From the human T2T-CHM13v2.0 reference genome, Homo sapiens: a DNA stretch of 64,000 nucleotides. The notes beneath the pieces are model-generated. The model was not told the DNA's origin. It saw only the letters and a program-made list of their open reading frames with translations, and searched no databases. A program made the translations under genes and the position numbers. Below, in pieces: positions 39,018 through 52,175 of this stretch. The stretch lies in NCBI RefSeq assembly GCF_009914755.1, contig NC_060935.1, one strand, 5' to 3'. How positions within the stretch are numbered: position 1 is the first letter of the stretch; each line of letters starts with the position of its first letter.

Positions 39018-39135
39018 CTCCTCTCCCTCTTCCTACACCCTCCACCCTCAAGTAGACCCCAGGGTCTGTTGTTCCCTTCTTTGTGTCTATGAGTTCTCAT
39101 AATTTAGCTCCCACTTATAAGTGAGAACATGCAGT
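38640..39135 (-). mobile_element. Primate L1 3' end containing a compound (TA)n/(TG)n microsatellite (38768-39015)
   Basis: ggttcaagggtacatgtgcag, tttagctcccacttataagtgagaacatgcagta. Confidence 0.85.
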
Positions 39136-39329
39136 ATAATTACCATGAAATAAAACTAGAAATTGATTCAAAAACTCTGAAAATATAAAGATGCACTTTC
39201 CCTGAAAGTTTAAAATTCTCTGTTGAGCAAGTTTAGATAAGAGGGAAACATAAGCCAAAATAGCCAAACTCCACTGGCGTTTCGAAGCTATAGGTCTATT
39301 TGACATTGTTAATTCATTGACTCAGCCCA

Positions 39330-40335
<1,006 letters not shown>

Positions 40336-40363
40336 AATTTTAATTAATTTAATCCATTTAGAA

Positions 40364-40661
40364 TTTTTTTTTTAGACAGTCTCGCTCTGTCACCCAGGCT
40401 GGGGTGCAATGGCACAATCTCAGCTCACTGCAACCTCTTCCAGTGTTTCTCTTGCCTCAGCCTCAGCCTCCTGAGTAGCTGGGATTACAGGCATGTGCCA
40501 CCATGCCCGGCTAATTTTTGTATATTTATTAGAGATGTGGTTTCACCATATTGGCCAGGCTGGCCTCGAACTCCTGACCTCAAGTCATTCCAATCTCTGG
40601 AGGCCGATATCTCGTCCTCCCAAAGTGCTAGGATTACAGGCATGAGCCACCTCGCCCAGCC
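40364..40661 (-). mobile_element. Alu, rearranged
   Basis: Antisense Alu with a short non-Alu replacement near 40588-40615. Confidence 0.85.
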
Positions 40662-41833
40662 TAATTGTGCCTGGCCTAATTCATTTAGAATTCTTATGAA
40701 AAAGAATTTTGTCACTTCTCAGCTATTTGTTAATTTATTTAATTTTTAATTTACATCAGTACGAACTCATATTTATTTCATGCTTGGATTATAATTCAAT
40801 TTATATATTTTCTTGCTCGGCTTGGAGATTTGGCCGTTGGAAGTTGTTTTCCTTGTGCCCCTCAAAGTAACCCCATTTTTGACTGTGTGTATTTACCAAG
40901 TTTTTATTTTTCACTACTGCTAATGCTTTGGGCTTTGTCTGTATATCACTTGCCTAGGCCTAGCAAGTGCTTTGTTATCAATACTGCTACTTATTTTTTA
41001 TTTAAAAGTATCATATTTTAGTTTTATTAATCATTTCTATTTCAGTATACATTTTCCCTTTTGCTTATTTATCCATGATCATTTTTATATTTCATTCTCT
41101 TTTGCATATTTTTGTTTTGTTTCATTTTTACTCGCTGCTTGAGGGCAACCTGAAGATCAATAAGATTTTAGAAATGTGAATATAAATTTTCAAATAAATA
41201 TGGTTGGATTCAGCTTTTGTATTGTTGACTTTCAATTTCATTTCATTTTGGTCAAGATTGTTTTCTGTATATGCATTCTATGGGATTTTAATTTGATATT
41301 TACTTTGTAGTCCTGTATTGGTAAATTTATCTATTATAAATGTTTCTTGTGTACTGAGAAGCATTTTCCATTTGCTTTTTAATTGTTGCAATTTTGTTCC
41401 TCAAAGTTCTTAAGCTTGTACATATTATTATAATATTATTAATTTTCTACTCTGCTCTATTGGTTTCTGAAAGAATAATGCTAAAAAAATTAAAAACTAC
41501 ATCACAATTGCATATTTTACTGTCTGACTTTACAACAACTCTCAGTCCTGGCTTTCCATGTGTCAGTGCTATGCGTAGGGTCATAAAGTTCATCACTGTA
41601 TTATTCTGGTGAATTTTTCTATTCAATAACTGTAAAATGTGCCTTTTTAATTCTATAACTACATTGGATATTAACATAGCTGCTTTAGTTTTCTTTTGTT
41701 TGGTATTTGTCAGGGTTGCCTTTTTCCATTCCTTGATTTTTAACTACTTAGCTTCGTTTTCAGATTGGTTTAAAATGCAAAATGAAAGGGAGGGGCTTGG
41801 ACGGGTGGGATGCCTAATCTGGACCAAGCCCAG

Positions 41834-41885
41834 TGATTACATTAGCTGGGCCCTGATTGGGTTAGGGTGTTGCCCAGGTATAAAG
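41834..41885 (+). promoter_or_regulatory. Putative KDM4E promoter: paired DUX4-type motifs and TATA box
   Basis: TGATTACATTA (41834-41844), TGATTGGGTTA (41854-41864, rc TAACCCAATCA) and TATAAAG (41879-41885); strongly conserved with 60314-60365. Confidence 0.75.
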
Positions 41886-41907
41886 CCAGGGTCTTTGGAA
41901 CGTGGGG

Positions 41908-41994
41908 CTTTATTTGGAGTTTAGCTACCAACAGGAAACCTTCTCTTTGGGTCCTGAAGTATTTTCATATGGAATTGTGAGTTTTTGACCGAAG
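41908..41994 (+). other. Putative noncoding exon 1 of KDM4E
   Basis: Begins ~25-30 nt after the TATA box (TSS inferred); donor AAG|GTAGGT at 41994/41995, alternative TT|GTGAGT at 41976/41977. Confidence 0.55.
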
Positions 41995-42420
41995 GTAGGT
42001 CGTTTTATTTCTCTGTCGGAGCACTTTTGGATATTTGTCCTACTGAGAACCTTATTATCATCAATTTGTTCTAAGATTTTGTTAAATATTGTAAAACATC
42101 TCCACCAGATTTTTAGCTATGCTGCTTGTTTCTTACCTCAATGTGTTTTTGTTTGTACTTTCATTTATCTTCATGCCGATGGCTTTTTACTTCTCATCAT
42201 ATTTTTTGAAAACTCAGTTTTCATTCTTTGTCATTCCTGTTGGGTGTTCTGTTTCCTTTTGCAATGGTTTCTTCTTATGAATTTATTTTCATTGTTTCTA
42301 TTGATGTTAATGCATCCAGTTTCTTGAATGGAGTGCTCAATTTATTCATTTTCAAACTTGATCATTTTTCATTTTAGTTTGATGCTGCTCTTTTTCTGTT
42401 TTATGATTTGACCTGATGTT

Positions 42421-45400
42421 TGTCTCATGTGACCGTGTGAAGAGACCCCCAAACAGGCTTTGTGTGAGCAACAAGGCTGTTTATTTCACCTGGGTGCAGG
42501 CGGGCTGAGTCCGAAAAGAGAATCAGCAAAGGGTGGTGGGATTATCATTAGTTCTTACAGGTTTTGGGATAGGCGGTGGAGTTAAGAGCAATGTTTTGGG
42601 GGCAGGGGGTGGATCTCACAAAGTACATTCTCAAGGGTGGGGGAGATTATAAAAAACTTTCTTAAGGGTGGGGGAGATTACAAAGTACATTGATCAATTA
42701 GGGTGGGGCAGAAACAAATCACAATGGTGGAATGTCATTAGTTAAGGCTATTTTCACTTTTGTGGATCTTCAGTTGCTTCAGGCCATCTGGATGTATATG
42801 TGCAGGTCACTGGGGATATGATGGCTTAGCTTGGGCTCAGAGGCCTGAAATTCCTGTCTTCTGATAATAAGAAAAATAAAACAAAATAGTGGTAAAGTGT
42901 TGGGACGGTGAAAATTTTTGGGGGTGGCATGGAGAAATAATGGGAGATGTTTCTCAGGGCTGCTTCGAGCAGGATTAGGGGTGGCGTGGGAACCTAGAGT
43001 GGGAGAGATTAAAGTGAAGAAAGATATTGGGGTAAGGGGTGATATTGTGGGGTTGTTAGAAGGAGCATTTGTTGTATAGAATGATTGGTGATGGTCTGGA
43101 TGCAGTTTTTTATGAATTGAGAAACTAAACAGAAGACACAAGGTCCGAATAAGAGAAGGAGAAAAACAGGTATTAAAGGACTAAGAATTGGGAGGACCCA
43201 GGACATCCAATTAGAGAGTGCCCAAGGAGGTTCAGCATAGCCCTGCCAGCAAAGATTTATTTACTTTAAGAGGGAGTTAAGAGTGGCGGTTTGGGGATAG
43301 CACCAGGAGATATCAGCTGTGATGGCTTGGAGAAACAGTGTAAACCAGCAGTGTAAACAAGAGTAGGGCATTTATGAGTAGTTGAGAACAGTGAATAGGA
43401 GTATGACTAGAAAGAAGATAGTAGGGATGACTAGTTTTTGGGGCTCAGTCCAAGTAGTGGGGGTGACTGCATAAAGCCCTGTTGTAAAAAGTAGGGTAAG
43501 GATGAACAGACCTAATAGAATGAAGGGATGTATTAGGCTCATAAGGGTTATTACTGTTCTTCAGAAATACGAGTGAGTTTAAGGGAAGTAGGGGAGAGTA
43601 CTTGTGACTTCCAGGAGGAAGAGGAGAGATTAGGCTGGCTGTCCAACAGACACAGCTTTATCCTGGAATGGTGAACCCAGTGGGGAGGATCCTGCAGGTG
43701 GACGGCAGTTGGGGTACTATAGATGACTAAGTAGGGTCCAGTCCATCAAGGTTGTAGAGTTTGAGGGGTCAGATTCTTAACAAGAACTGATCGTTCAGCT
43801 AGGGTGTCTTCATATGGCTGGGGATCTGGAGTAGGCAAGAGAAGATTAGCAGCCTGGTGAATTTCCTGTCTAGCCTGCTGGAGGACTGGAAGATAGTTGC
43901 CTAGAGGACTGGTGTCTGGGACGAGGTTGGGGCTGAGCAAGAAAGTGCATCCATATAAAAGTTCAAATGGACTGTACCCTGTAGCATCTTGAGGACAGGC
44001 TCTAATTCTGAGAAGGGCAAGAGGTAAAAGTATTGTCCAGTCCTTTTAAAGTTGGTGGCTGAGCTTGGTGAGGTGTGTTTTTAAAAGACCATTAGTCCGT
44101 TCTACCTTTCCTGAAGACTGAGGACCGTAAGGGATATAAAGGTTTCACTGAATACCAAGAGCCTGAAAAACTGCTTGGCTGATTTAACTAATAAAGGCTG
44201 GTCTGTTATCAGACTGTATAGAGGTGGGAAGGCTAAACTGAGGAATTATGTCTTATAGAAGGGAAGAAATGACTGTGGTGGCCTTCTCAGACCCTGTAGG
44301 AAAGGCCTCTACCTATCCAGTGAAAGTGTCTACCTAGACTAAGAGGTATTTTAGTTATCTGACTCGGGGCACATTGAGTAAAGCTAATTTGCCAGTCCTA
44401 GGTGGGGGCAAATCCTCGAGCTTGATGTGCAGGGAAGGGAGGGGGCCTGAACACTCCCTGAGGAGTAGTAGAATAGCAGATGGAACACTGAGAAGTTATT
44501 TCCTTGAGGATAGATTTCCACGATGGAAAGGAAATGAGAGGTTCTAAGAGATGGGCTAGCGGCTTGTGACCTACATGGAAGAGGTTATGAAATGACAACA
44601 GAATAGAATGGGCCTGTGAGGCTGGAAGGAGATATTTTCCTTGGTCTAAGAACCATTTGCTTTGTGTAGGAAGAGATTGATAGGTGGAAGTTTTAGTGGG
44701 CGAGTAGGTGGGAGTGGCCAGATAAGAAGGAGAAAAACTGCCGTGAGGGATAGATGTTGGAATGCTAGGCCTTGAGAAGAGTTTTTATTAAGGAGGCATT
44801 AATGATGGAGGACCCTTGCATAGTGAGGAAACCTCTTTCAGCCCGTATAATAGCATGGTGGTGCAGGATATGGAAGGCATATTTAGAGTCAGTATAAATA
44901 TTGACGTGTAATTCCTTTGCAAGAGTGAGGGCTCGAGTTAAGGCAATGAGTTCAGCTTGCTGAGAGGTAGTGGAGGGGGGCAGAGCAGTAGCCTCAATGC
45001 TAGATGTGGAAGATACTATAAGCATAGCCTGCCTTTGCTGGTGTGTGGCGATTAGGCCTGGTGGAACTGCCATCAATAAACCAAGTGTGATTAGGGTGAG
45101 GAACAGGAAAGAAGGAAATATGGGGAAATAGAGTGAATGCCAGGTGGATCAGAGAGATACAGTCATGGGGGTCAGGTGTGGTATCCAGAATAACATGGGA
45201 GGCTGGATTGAAGACCCGGCCAGGAACAATGGTAATTGTGGGAGACTCAACAAAGAGTGAGTACAGCCGAAGGAGCTGGGGAGCAGAAAGTATATGTGTC
45301 AGGTGTGAGGAAGAAAATAGATTTTGGAAGTTATGAGAACTGTAGGGAGTGAATTGAGCATAGTCTGTGATTTTGAGGGCCTCTAAAAGTATTAGGGCAG

Positions 45401-48099
45401 CAGCAGCCACCACACGCAGACATGAGGGCTAGGCTAAAACAGTAAGGTCAAGTTGTTTGGACAGAAGGCTACAGGGTGCGGTCCTGGCTCTTGTGTAAGA
45501 ACTCCGACTGCACAGCCCTGCACTTTGGCTGTGTGTAATGAAAAGGGTTGGGATGAGTTAGGGAGAGCTAGTGTGGGGGCAGCTTCTAGGGCTGTTTTTA
45601 AGGAACAGAAAGGAGTGGCGAAAGGATTTAGGATCTGTGGGATCAACTAGGTTTGCTTTTGTGAGTTTATATCATGGTTTAGTCAGGATGGTAAAGCTAG
45701 GTATCCAAAGGTGGAAGTACCTAACCATGCCGAGGAAGGAAAGGAGTTGTTGTTTTGTAGAAGGGATTGGGGTTTGGGAGATTAGCCAGACACAATGAGG
45801 AGGGAGAGCACGTGTGTCTTCCTGAGAATTATGCCGAGATAGATAACAGATGAGGAAGAAATTCGGGCTTGATTGAAGTAATGGGGGCTGTCCGTGAAGC
45901 CTTGTGGCAGTACAGCCCAGGTAATTTGCTGAGCCTGATGGGTGTCAGGGTCAGTCCAAGTGAAAGCGAAGAGAGGCTGGGATGAAGGGTGAAAAGGAAT
46001 AGTAAAGAAAGCATGTTTGAGATCCAGAACAGAATAATGGGTTGTGGAGAGAGTTATTTAGGACAGGAGAGTATATGGGTTTGGCACCACGGGGTAGATA
46101 GGCAAAACAATTTGGTTGATAAGGCACAGATCCTGAACTAACCTGTAAGACTTGTCCGGTTTTTGGACAGGTAAAATGGGGGAATTGTAAGGAGAGTTTA
46201 TAGGCTTTAAAAGGCCATGCTGTAACAGTCGAGTGATAACAGGCTTTAATCCTTTTAAAGCCTGCTGCGGGATGGGATATTGGCATTGAGCGGGGTAAGG
46301 GTGATTAGGTTTTAATGAGATGGTAAGGGGTGCATGATCGGTTGACAAGGAGGCAGTAGAGGTATCCCATACTTGTGGGTTAAGGTGGGGAGATACAAGG
46401 GGAGGATGCGAAGGAGGCTTTGAACTGAGGGAAAAGGCAGCAATGAGGTGTGGCTGTAGCCCAGGAATAGTGAAGGAAGCAGATAATTTAGTTAAAATGT
46501 CTCGACCTAATAAGGGAGCTGGGCAGGTGGGGATAACTAAAAATGAGTGCATTAAAGAATGTTGTCCAAGTTGGCACCAGAGTTGGGGAGTTTTAAGAGG
46601 TTTAGAAGCTTGGCTGTCAATACCCACAACAGTTATGGAGGCAAGGGAAACAGGATTGTCAGATGAGTCTGTAGAAAAGAAGGATTCAAAGGACTCAGAG
46701 CTTGGGGTGGAGACTGAAGGAACAGACAGGAGAGAAAGAAAAAAGATTTGGGACAAGTCTCTTTGGGAGCAGAGACTAGGGAGGGACCAATGTATAAAAG
46801 AATGCCTGGATGTCGGGCACCTCAGACCATTTTTGCCCATTTTTCGACAAAAATTGTCTAGGTCTCGTAGGATGGAGAAATCAAAAGTGCCATTTTCTGG
46901 CCATTTAGAACCATTGTCGAGTTTGTACTGGGGCCAGGTGGTGTTGCAGAAGAAAATAAGATGCTTAGATTTTGGGTCAGGTGAGAGTTGAAGAGGTTTT
47001 AAGTTCTTGAGAACACAGGCTAAGGGAGAAGAAGGAGGAATGGAGGGTGGAAGGTTGCCCATAGTGAAGGAGGCAAGTTTAAAAAATAAGGGTAGAGACA
47101 CAGAGAAGGGGGGTGGGGAGCAGCCCTGAGCTGCAACGTAGGGGAGCAGCCAAAGCAGCTGTCCCCACAGTTGATTTGCCCATCAAGGGAATGTGGGTGA
47201 ATGATAATGTGGGTGAATGCGGAGATCAGACACCAATGGAACATGGGTGAATAATCAGAGACACATCCCCACAATGATTAAACACCAAGGGAAGGCTGCC
47301 TTCCCGAGTCCGTGACCAGCGCCGGAGTTTTGGGTCCAGGGATAAAATGTGTCTCCTTTGTCTCTACCAGAAAATAAAAGGAATTGAAATTAAGAGAAGA
47401 AAGAGATTGAAGGGTGGCGCCAAGATTGAAAGAAGAAAGAGGTTGAGGGATAGTGAGAGAGGTTGGAGAAGACAGTAAAAAGAGCTGCTTGCCTGATTTA
47501 AAATCAGTGAGATGTTCCTTGGGCTGGTTGGTCTGAGGACTGGAGGTCGTATGTGGATCTTTTCACAGAGTGAGGGTGAGGACAGGGGACTGGTCTCCCG
47601 AAGGAGTCCCGCTGACCCAGGTCTTCGGCACGAAATGTCTCACGTGTCCGTGTCAAGAGACCCCCAAAGAGGCTTTGTGTGAGCAACAAGGCTGTTTATT
47701 TCTCCTGGGTGCAGGCGGGCTAAGTCCAAAAAGAGAGTCAGCAAAGGGTGGTGGGATTATCATTAGTTCTTACAGGTTTTGGGATAGGTGGTGGAGTTAA
47801 GAGCAATGTTTTGGGGGCAGGGGGTGGATCTCACAAAGTACATTCTCGAGGGTGGGGGGAATTACAAAGAAACTTCTTAAGGGTGGGGGAGATTATAAAG
47901 AAACTTCGTAAGGGTGGGGGAGATTACAAAGTACATTGATCAGTTAGGGTGGGGCAGAAACAAATCACAATGGTGGAATGTCATCAGTTAAGGCTATTTT
48001 CACTTCTTTTGTGGATCTTCAGTTGCTTCAGGCCATCTGGATGTGTATGTGCAGGTCACTGGGGATATGATGGCTTAGCTTGGGCTCAGAGGCCTGACA
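42421..48099 (-). mobile_element. HERV-H provirus, deleted ~5.7 kb form, with two LTR7-family LTRs
   Basis: LTRs 42421-42850 and 47636-48099; 5-bp TSD ATGTT (42416-42420, 48100-48104); PPT rc agaagacaggaa; gag MGNLPPSIPP, RT NSPYNSPILPVQKPDKSYRLVQDL, RNaseH QQAELIALTRAL..VNIYTDSKY, integrase and env TM remnants. Confidence 0.96.
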
Positions 48100-48204
48100 A
48101 TGTTTACATATCCTGATGTTAGCATATGTTTTAGCTTAGCTTAATGCTAGCTGAATATTTCTTTTGTCTGGTTATATACTTATTTAAAAAATATGAATAT
48201 TCTG

Positions 48205-48227
48205 TATCTTTTGTTGTTGTTGTTTAG
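48205..48227 (+). promoter_or_regulatory. Putative splice acceptor of the KDM4E coding exon
   Basis: tcttttgttgttgttgtttAG, 367 nt before the ATG; the following UTR is homologous to KDM4D 20035-20384 (acccccaggt, agagtgga, ctca(c/t)agataa). Confidence 0.6.
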
Positions 48228-48594
48228 GTGTATTGTTTCGACTTCCTAGAAGAGACCCCCAGGTACAGTGGGACACTAGCTGCTACTAGTGCACCCAAGC
48301 CTGAGAATCAGGAGAAGCCTCACAGTGACACCCCCAACTGAGGAAACTCACAGAGCTGGGACATACTCTACTTCTTCAGAAAAAAGTATACTGACTAGAG
48401 TGGAGTCCCCCTGGGGAGTCAGAAAGCCTGTGAAAGATCTCACTTGTTCAAAAGTCCAAGTGTGAATTACTGTCTCACAGATAAACCAAAGTATTTTGAA
48501 AAACAAAGGGGAGAAAAGAAATTACTCCCCAGAACTCTCAGGCATCTAGAGGACACCCAAGAACGTGGGAGTCAGCTGCTTCTTGTGTGCAGCC

Positions 48595-50115
48595 ATGAAG
48601 TCTGTGCACTCCAGTCCCCAGAACACGAGTCATACCATCATGACGTTTTACCCAACCATGGAAGAATTTGCAGATTTCAACACATATGTTGCTTACATGG
48701 AGTCCCAAGGCGCACATCAAGCTGGCCTTGCCAAGGTAATTCCACCCAAGGAATGGAAAGCCAGACAGATGTATGATGATATCGAAGACATCTTAATAGC
48801 CACTCCCCTCCAGCAGGTGACCTCTGGGCAGGGAGGTGTGTTTACTCAATACCATAAAAAGAAGAAAGCCATGAGGGTGGGGCAGTATCGCCGCTTGGCA
48901 AACAGTAAAAAATATCAGACTCCGCCACACCAGAATTTTGCAGATTTGGAGCAACGATACTGGAAGAGCCACCCCGGTAATCCACCAATTTATGGTGCTG
49001 ATATCAGCGGCTCCTTATTTGAAGAAAGCACTAAACAATGGAACCTAGGACACCTGGGAACAATTCTGGACCTGTTGGAGCAGGAATGTGGGGTTGTCAT
49101 CGAGGGTGTCAACACACCCTACCTGTACTTTGGCATGTGGAAGACCACGTTTGCCTGGCACACAGAGGACATGGACCTTTACAGCATCAACTACCTGCAC
49201 TTTGGGGAGCCCAAAACTTGGTACGTGGTGCCCCCAGAACATGGTCAGCACCTGGAACGCCTGGCCAGGGAGCTCTTCCCAGACATTTCTCGGGGCTGTG
49301 AGGCCTTCCTGCGGCACAAAGTGGCCCTCATCTCGCCTACAGTTCTCAAGGAAAATGGGATTCCCTTCAATTGCATGACTCAGGAGGCTGGGGAGTTCAT
49401 GGTGACCTTTCCCTATGGCTACCATGCTGGCTTCAATCACGGCTTCAACTGCGCAGAAGCCATTAATTTTGCCACTCCACGATGGATTGATTATGGCAAA
49501 ATGGCCTCTCAGTGTAGCTGTGGGGAGTCGACAGTGACCTTTTCCATGGACCCCTTTGTGCGCATTGTGCAACCCGAGAGTTATGAGCTCTGGAAACACA
49601 GGCAAGACTTGGCCATTGTGGAACACACAGAGCCCAGGGTTGCAGAAAGCCAAGAGCTGAGCAACTGGAGAGATGATATAGTACTTAGAAGAGCTGCTCT
49701 GGGCCTGAGGCTTCTCCCAAACCTCACAGCCCAGTGTCCCACACAGCCTGTGTCCTCAGGGCACTGTTACAACCCAAAAGGCTGTGGCACTGATGCTGTG
49801 CCTGGATCCGCATTCCAAAGCTCTGCATATCATACCCAGACCCAGTCACTTACCCTGGGGATGTCAGCCAGGGTTCTTCTCCCTTCCACTGGAAGCTGGG
49901 GTTCTGGTCGTGGTCGTGGTCGTGGTCAAGGTCAAGGTCGAGGTTGCAGTCGTGGTCGTGGTCATGGTTGTTGTACTCGAGAACTGGGGACTGAGGAGCC
50001 AACTGTTCAGCCTGCATCCAAGAGGCGCCTTTTAATGGGTACAAGGAGTAGAGCTCAAGGCCACAGGCCTCAGCTCCCGCTTGCCAATGATTTGATGACA
50101 AATCTGTCCCTTTGA
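48595..50115 (+). CDS. KDM4E: Lysine demethylase 4E (JMJD2E), 506 aa
   Basis: ATG in GCCATGA context ([10 protein letters not shown]); intact JmjN/JmjC with HTED, GFNHG and CSC; RG-rich C-terminus; length matches human KDM4E. Confidence 0.96.
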
Positions 50116-51494
50116 GTGGTGGCCTTCAGCATCTTGCCAAGGCTTCTGGCTGCTGCTGTGTCCCTGATCTTCAACTCCTGGGGCCCCCACTGGATCGTGA
50201 TGAAACCATGCACCCTGGCCTGTGCCTGCTATCCCTCAACAGCACTACTAGTAATCTCCCTGATGTTGTCTGCATGACTCCTCCCAATGTCATTGTGCCT
50301 TTGATTAAGTTTTCCAGGGACACTGGTGGGGACTGGAACTGATTAAGTTCACCAGGGACACTTGCCTGGTGAACATGGGCAAGGCTGTAGCAATGGACCA
50401 CTTTTACGGCTCTAGGGTTCTGACTCCAACTAAGTTTTCCAGAATCTCCTGGGCTCCTGACTCATCTGCTGGGTCTAAAGACACTGAGTTTAGGGATATT
50501 TTCCTCCAATACATGATCAATCCTCTGGATCCACGGCTATGGAATATGGTGACAAATGTCAGTGTCTCTCTTATTCCAACCCCAGGATCAGAGAAGATTC
50601 TTTACCTGCAGTAACTGACACATTTCCAAGGCCCCCAGATGCTGTCTCCAACTGTGACAACCAGGGCTCCCAGAGGCCACTGAAGTCCCCTCCCCAAAGG
50701 TTGCCATAGGATGTTGTAGTACCTCTCAGGGATTCTCTGTCTACTCCACATATTTGCCTGTGGCCTTCACCATGGCCAGATGCCATGGACAGCACTTGTT
50801 TCTGATGTCCCCCTTAGGATACCTCCCTTATAGTGCTATGGGTCCAGATTCCATGGTAATTTGGGCCCACACTGGATGATGCTGAGAATCTTACTGAGCC
50901 TCTCATTTTTACTTCTCATCTGGTCCTCTATGTCTCTGACTCTGGATTCCACTGGACATTGCTACAACCCCAGTGAGGTTCAGGGCTTCCCACAATCCTT
51001 CAATTGCAACATGCCCTTTATCCTAGGCCACCGTCCACTGCTCATGTACAAACTAGACCTTTTGACCAACTGAGTTACTTAGCCAGTTATGGCTTCAGAG
51101 GTATTTTGTAACTATACTGATGTTAACTAAATTTGCTGTCTCTAATGTATATCTCCAAAGAAAATAAAAGTCTTAGTGCATGTTTTTTAAATTAGAATAA
51201 TATAAAATAGATATATCAAAAAGAAAGTGATTTAGAAAAGTGATTGAGATAAAAGAATGGGGAAACTATACCAAGCAAAGAACAAACATAAAAGTAGATT
51301 TACAGATCTTAATATCAGGCAAACCTGAATTGAGACCAAAGGTACATAGCATGGATCTTCACAATGCAAAATACTAAATTTCACAATGACATTACAGCAG
51401 TCATGAATATTCAAGTTCGACATAGTATAAATTATAGTACATAAAAGACAAGTTTAAAGAAACAGATTAAAAATAGGAACATTTAAGTCACCAG

Positions 51495-52175
<681 letters not shown>

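Noticed and set aside
38716-39102. Several 100+ aa YI/HT/CV-rich ORFs (also near 24.1k)
   Set aside because: Translations of (TA)n/(TG)n microsatellites
48565-48594. 10-aa N-terminal extension of KDM4E in the ORF track
   Set aside because: Starts at GTG; the ATG at 48595 has a good Kozak context and aligns with KDM4D MKS
50302-50350. TGATTAAGTT(T/C) twice as possible DUX4 sites
   Set aside because: Both miss the terminal A and arise from a local duplication; weak support
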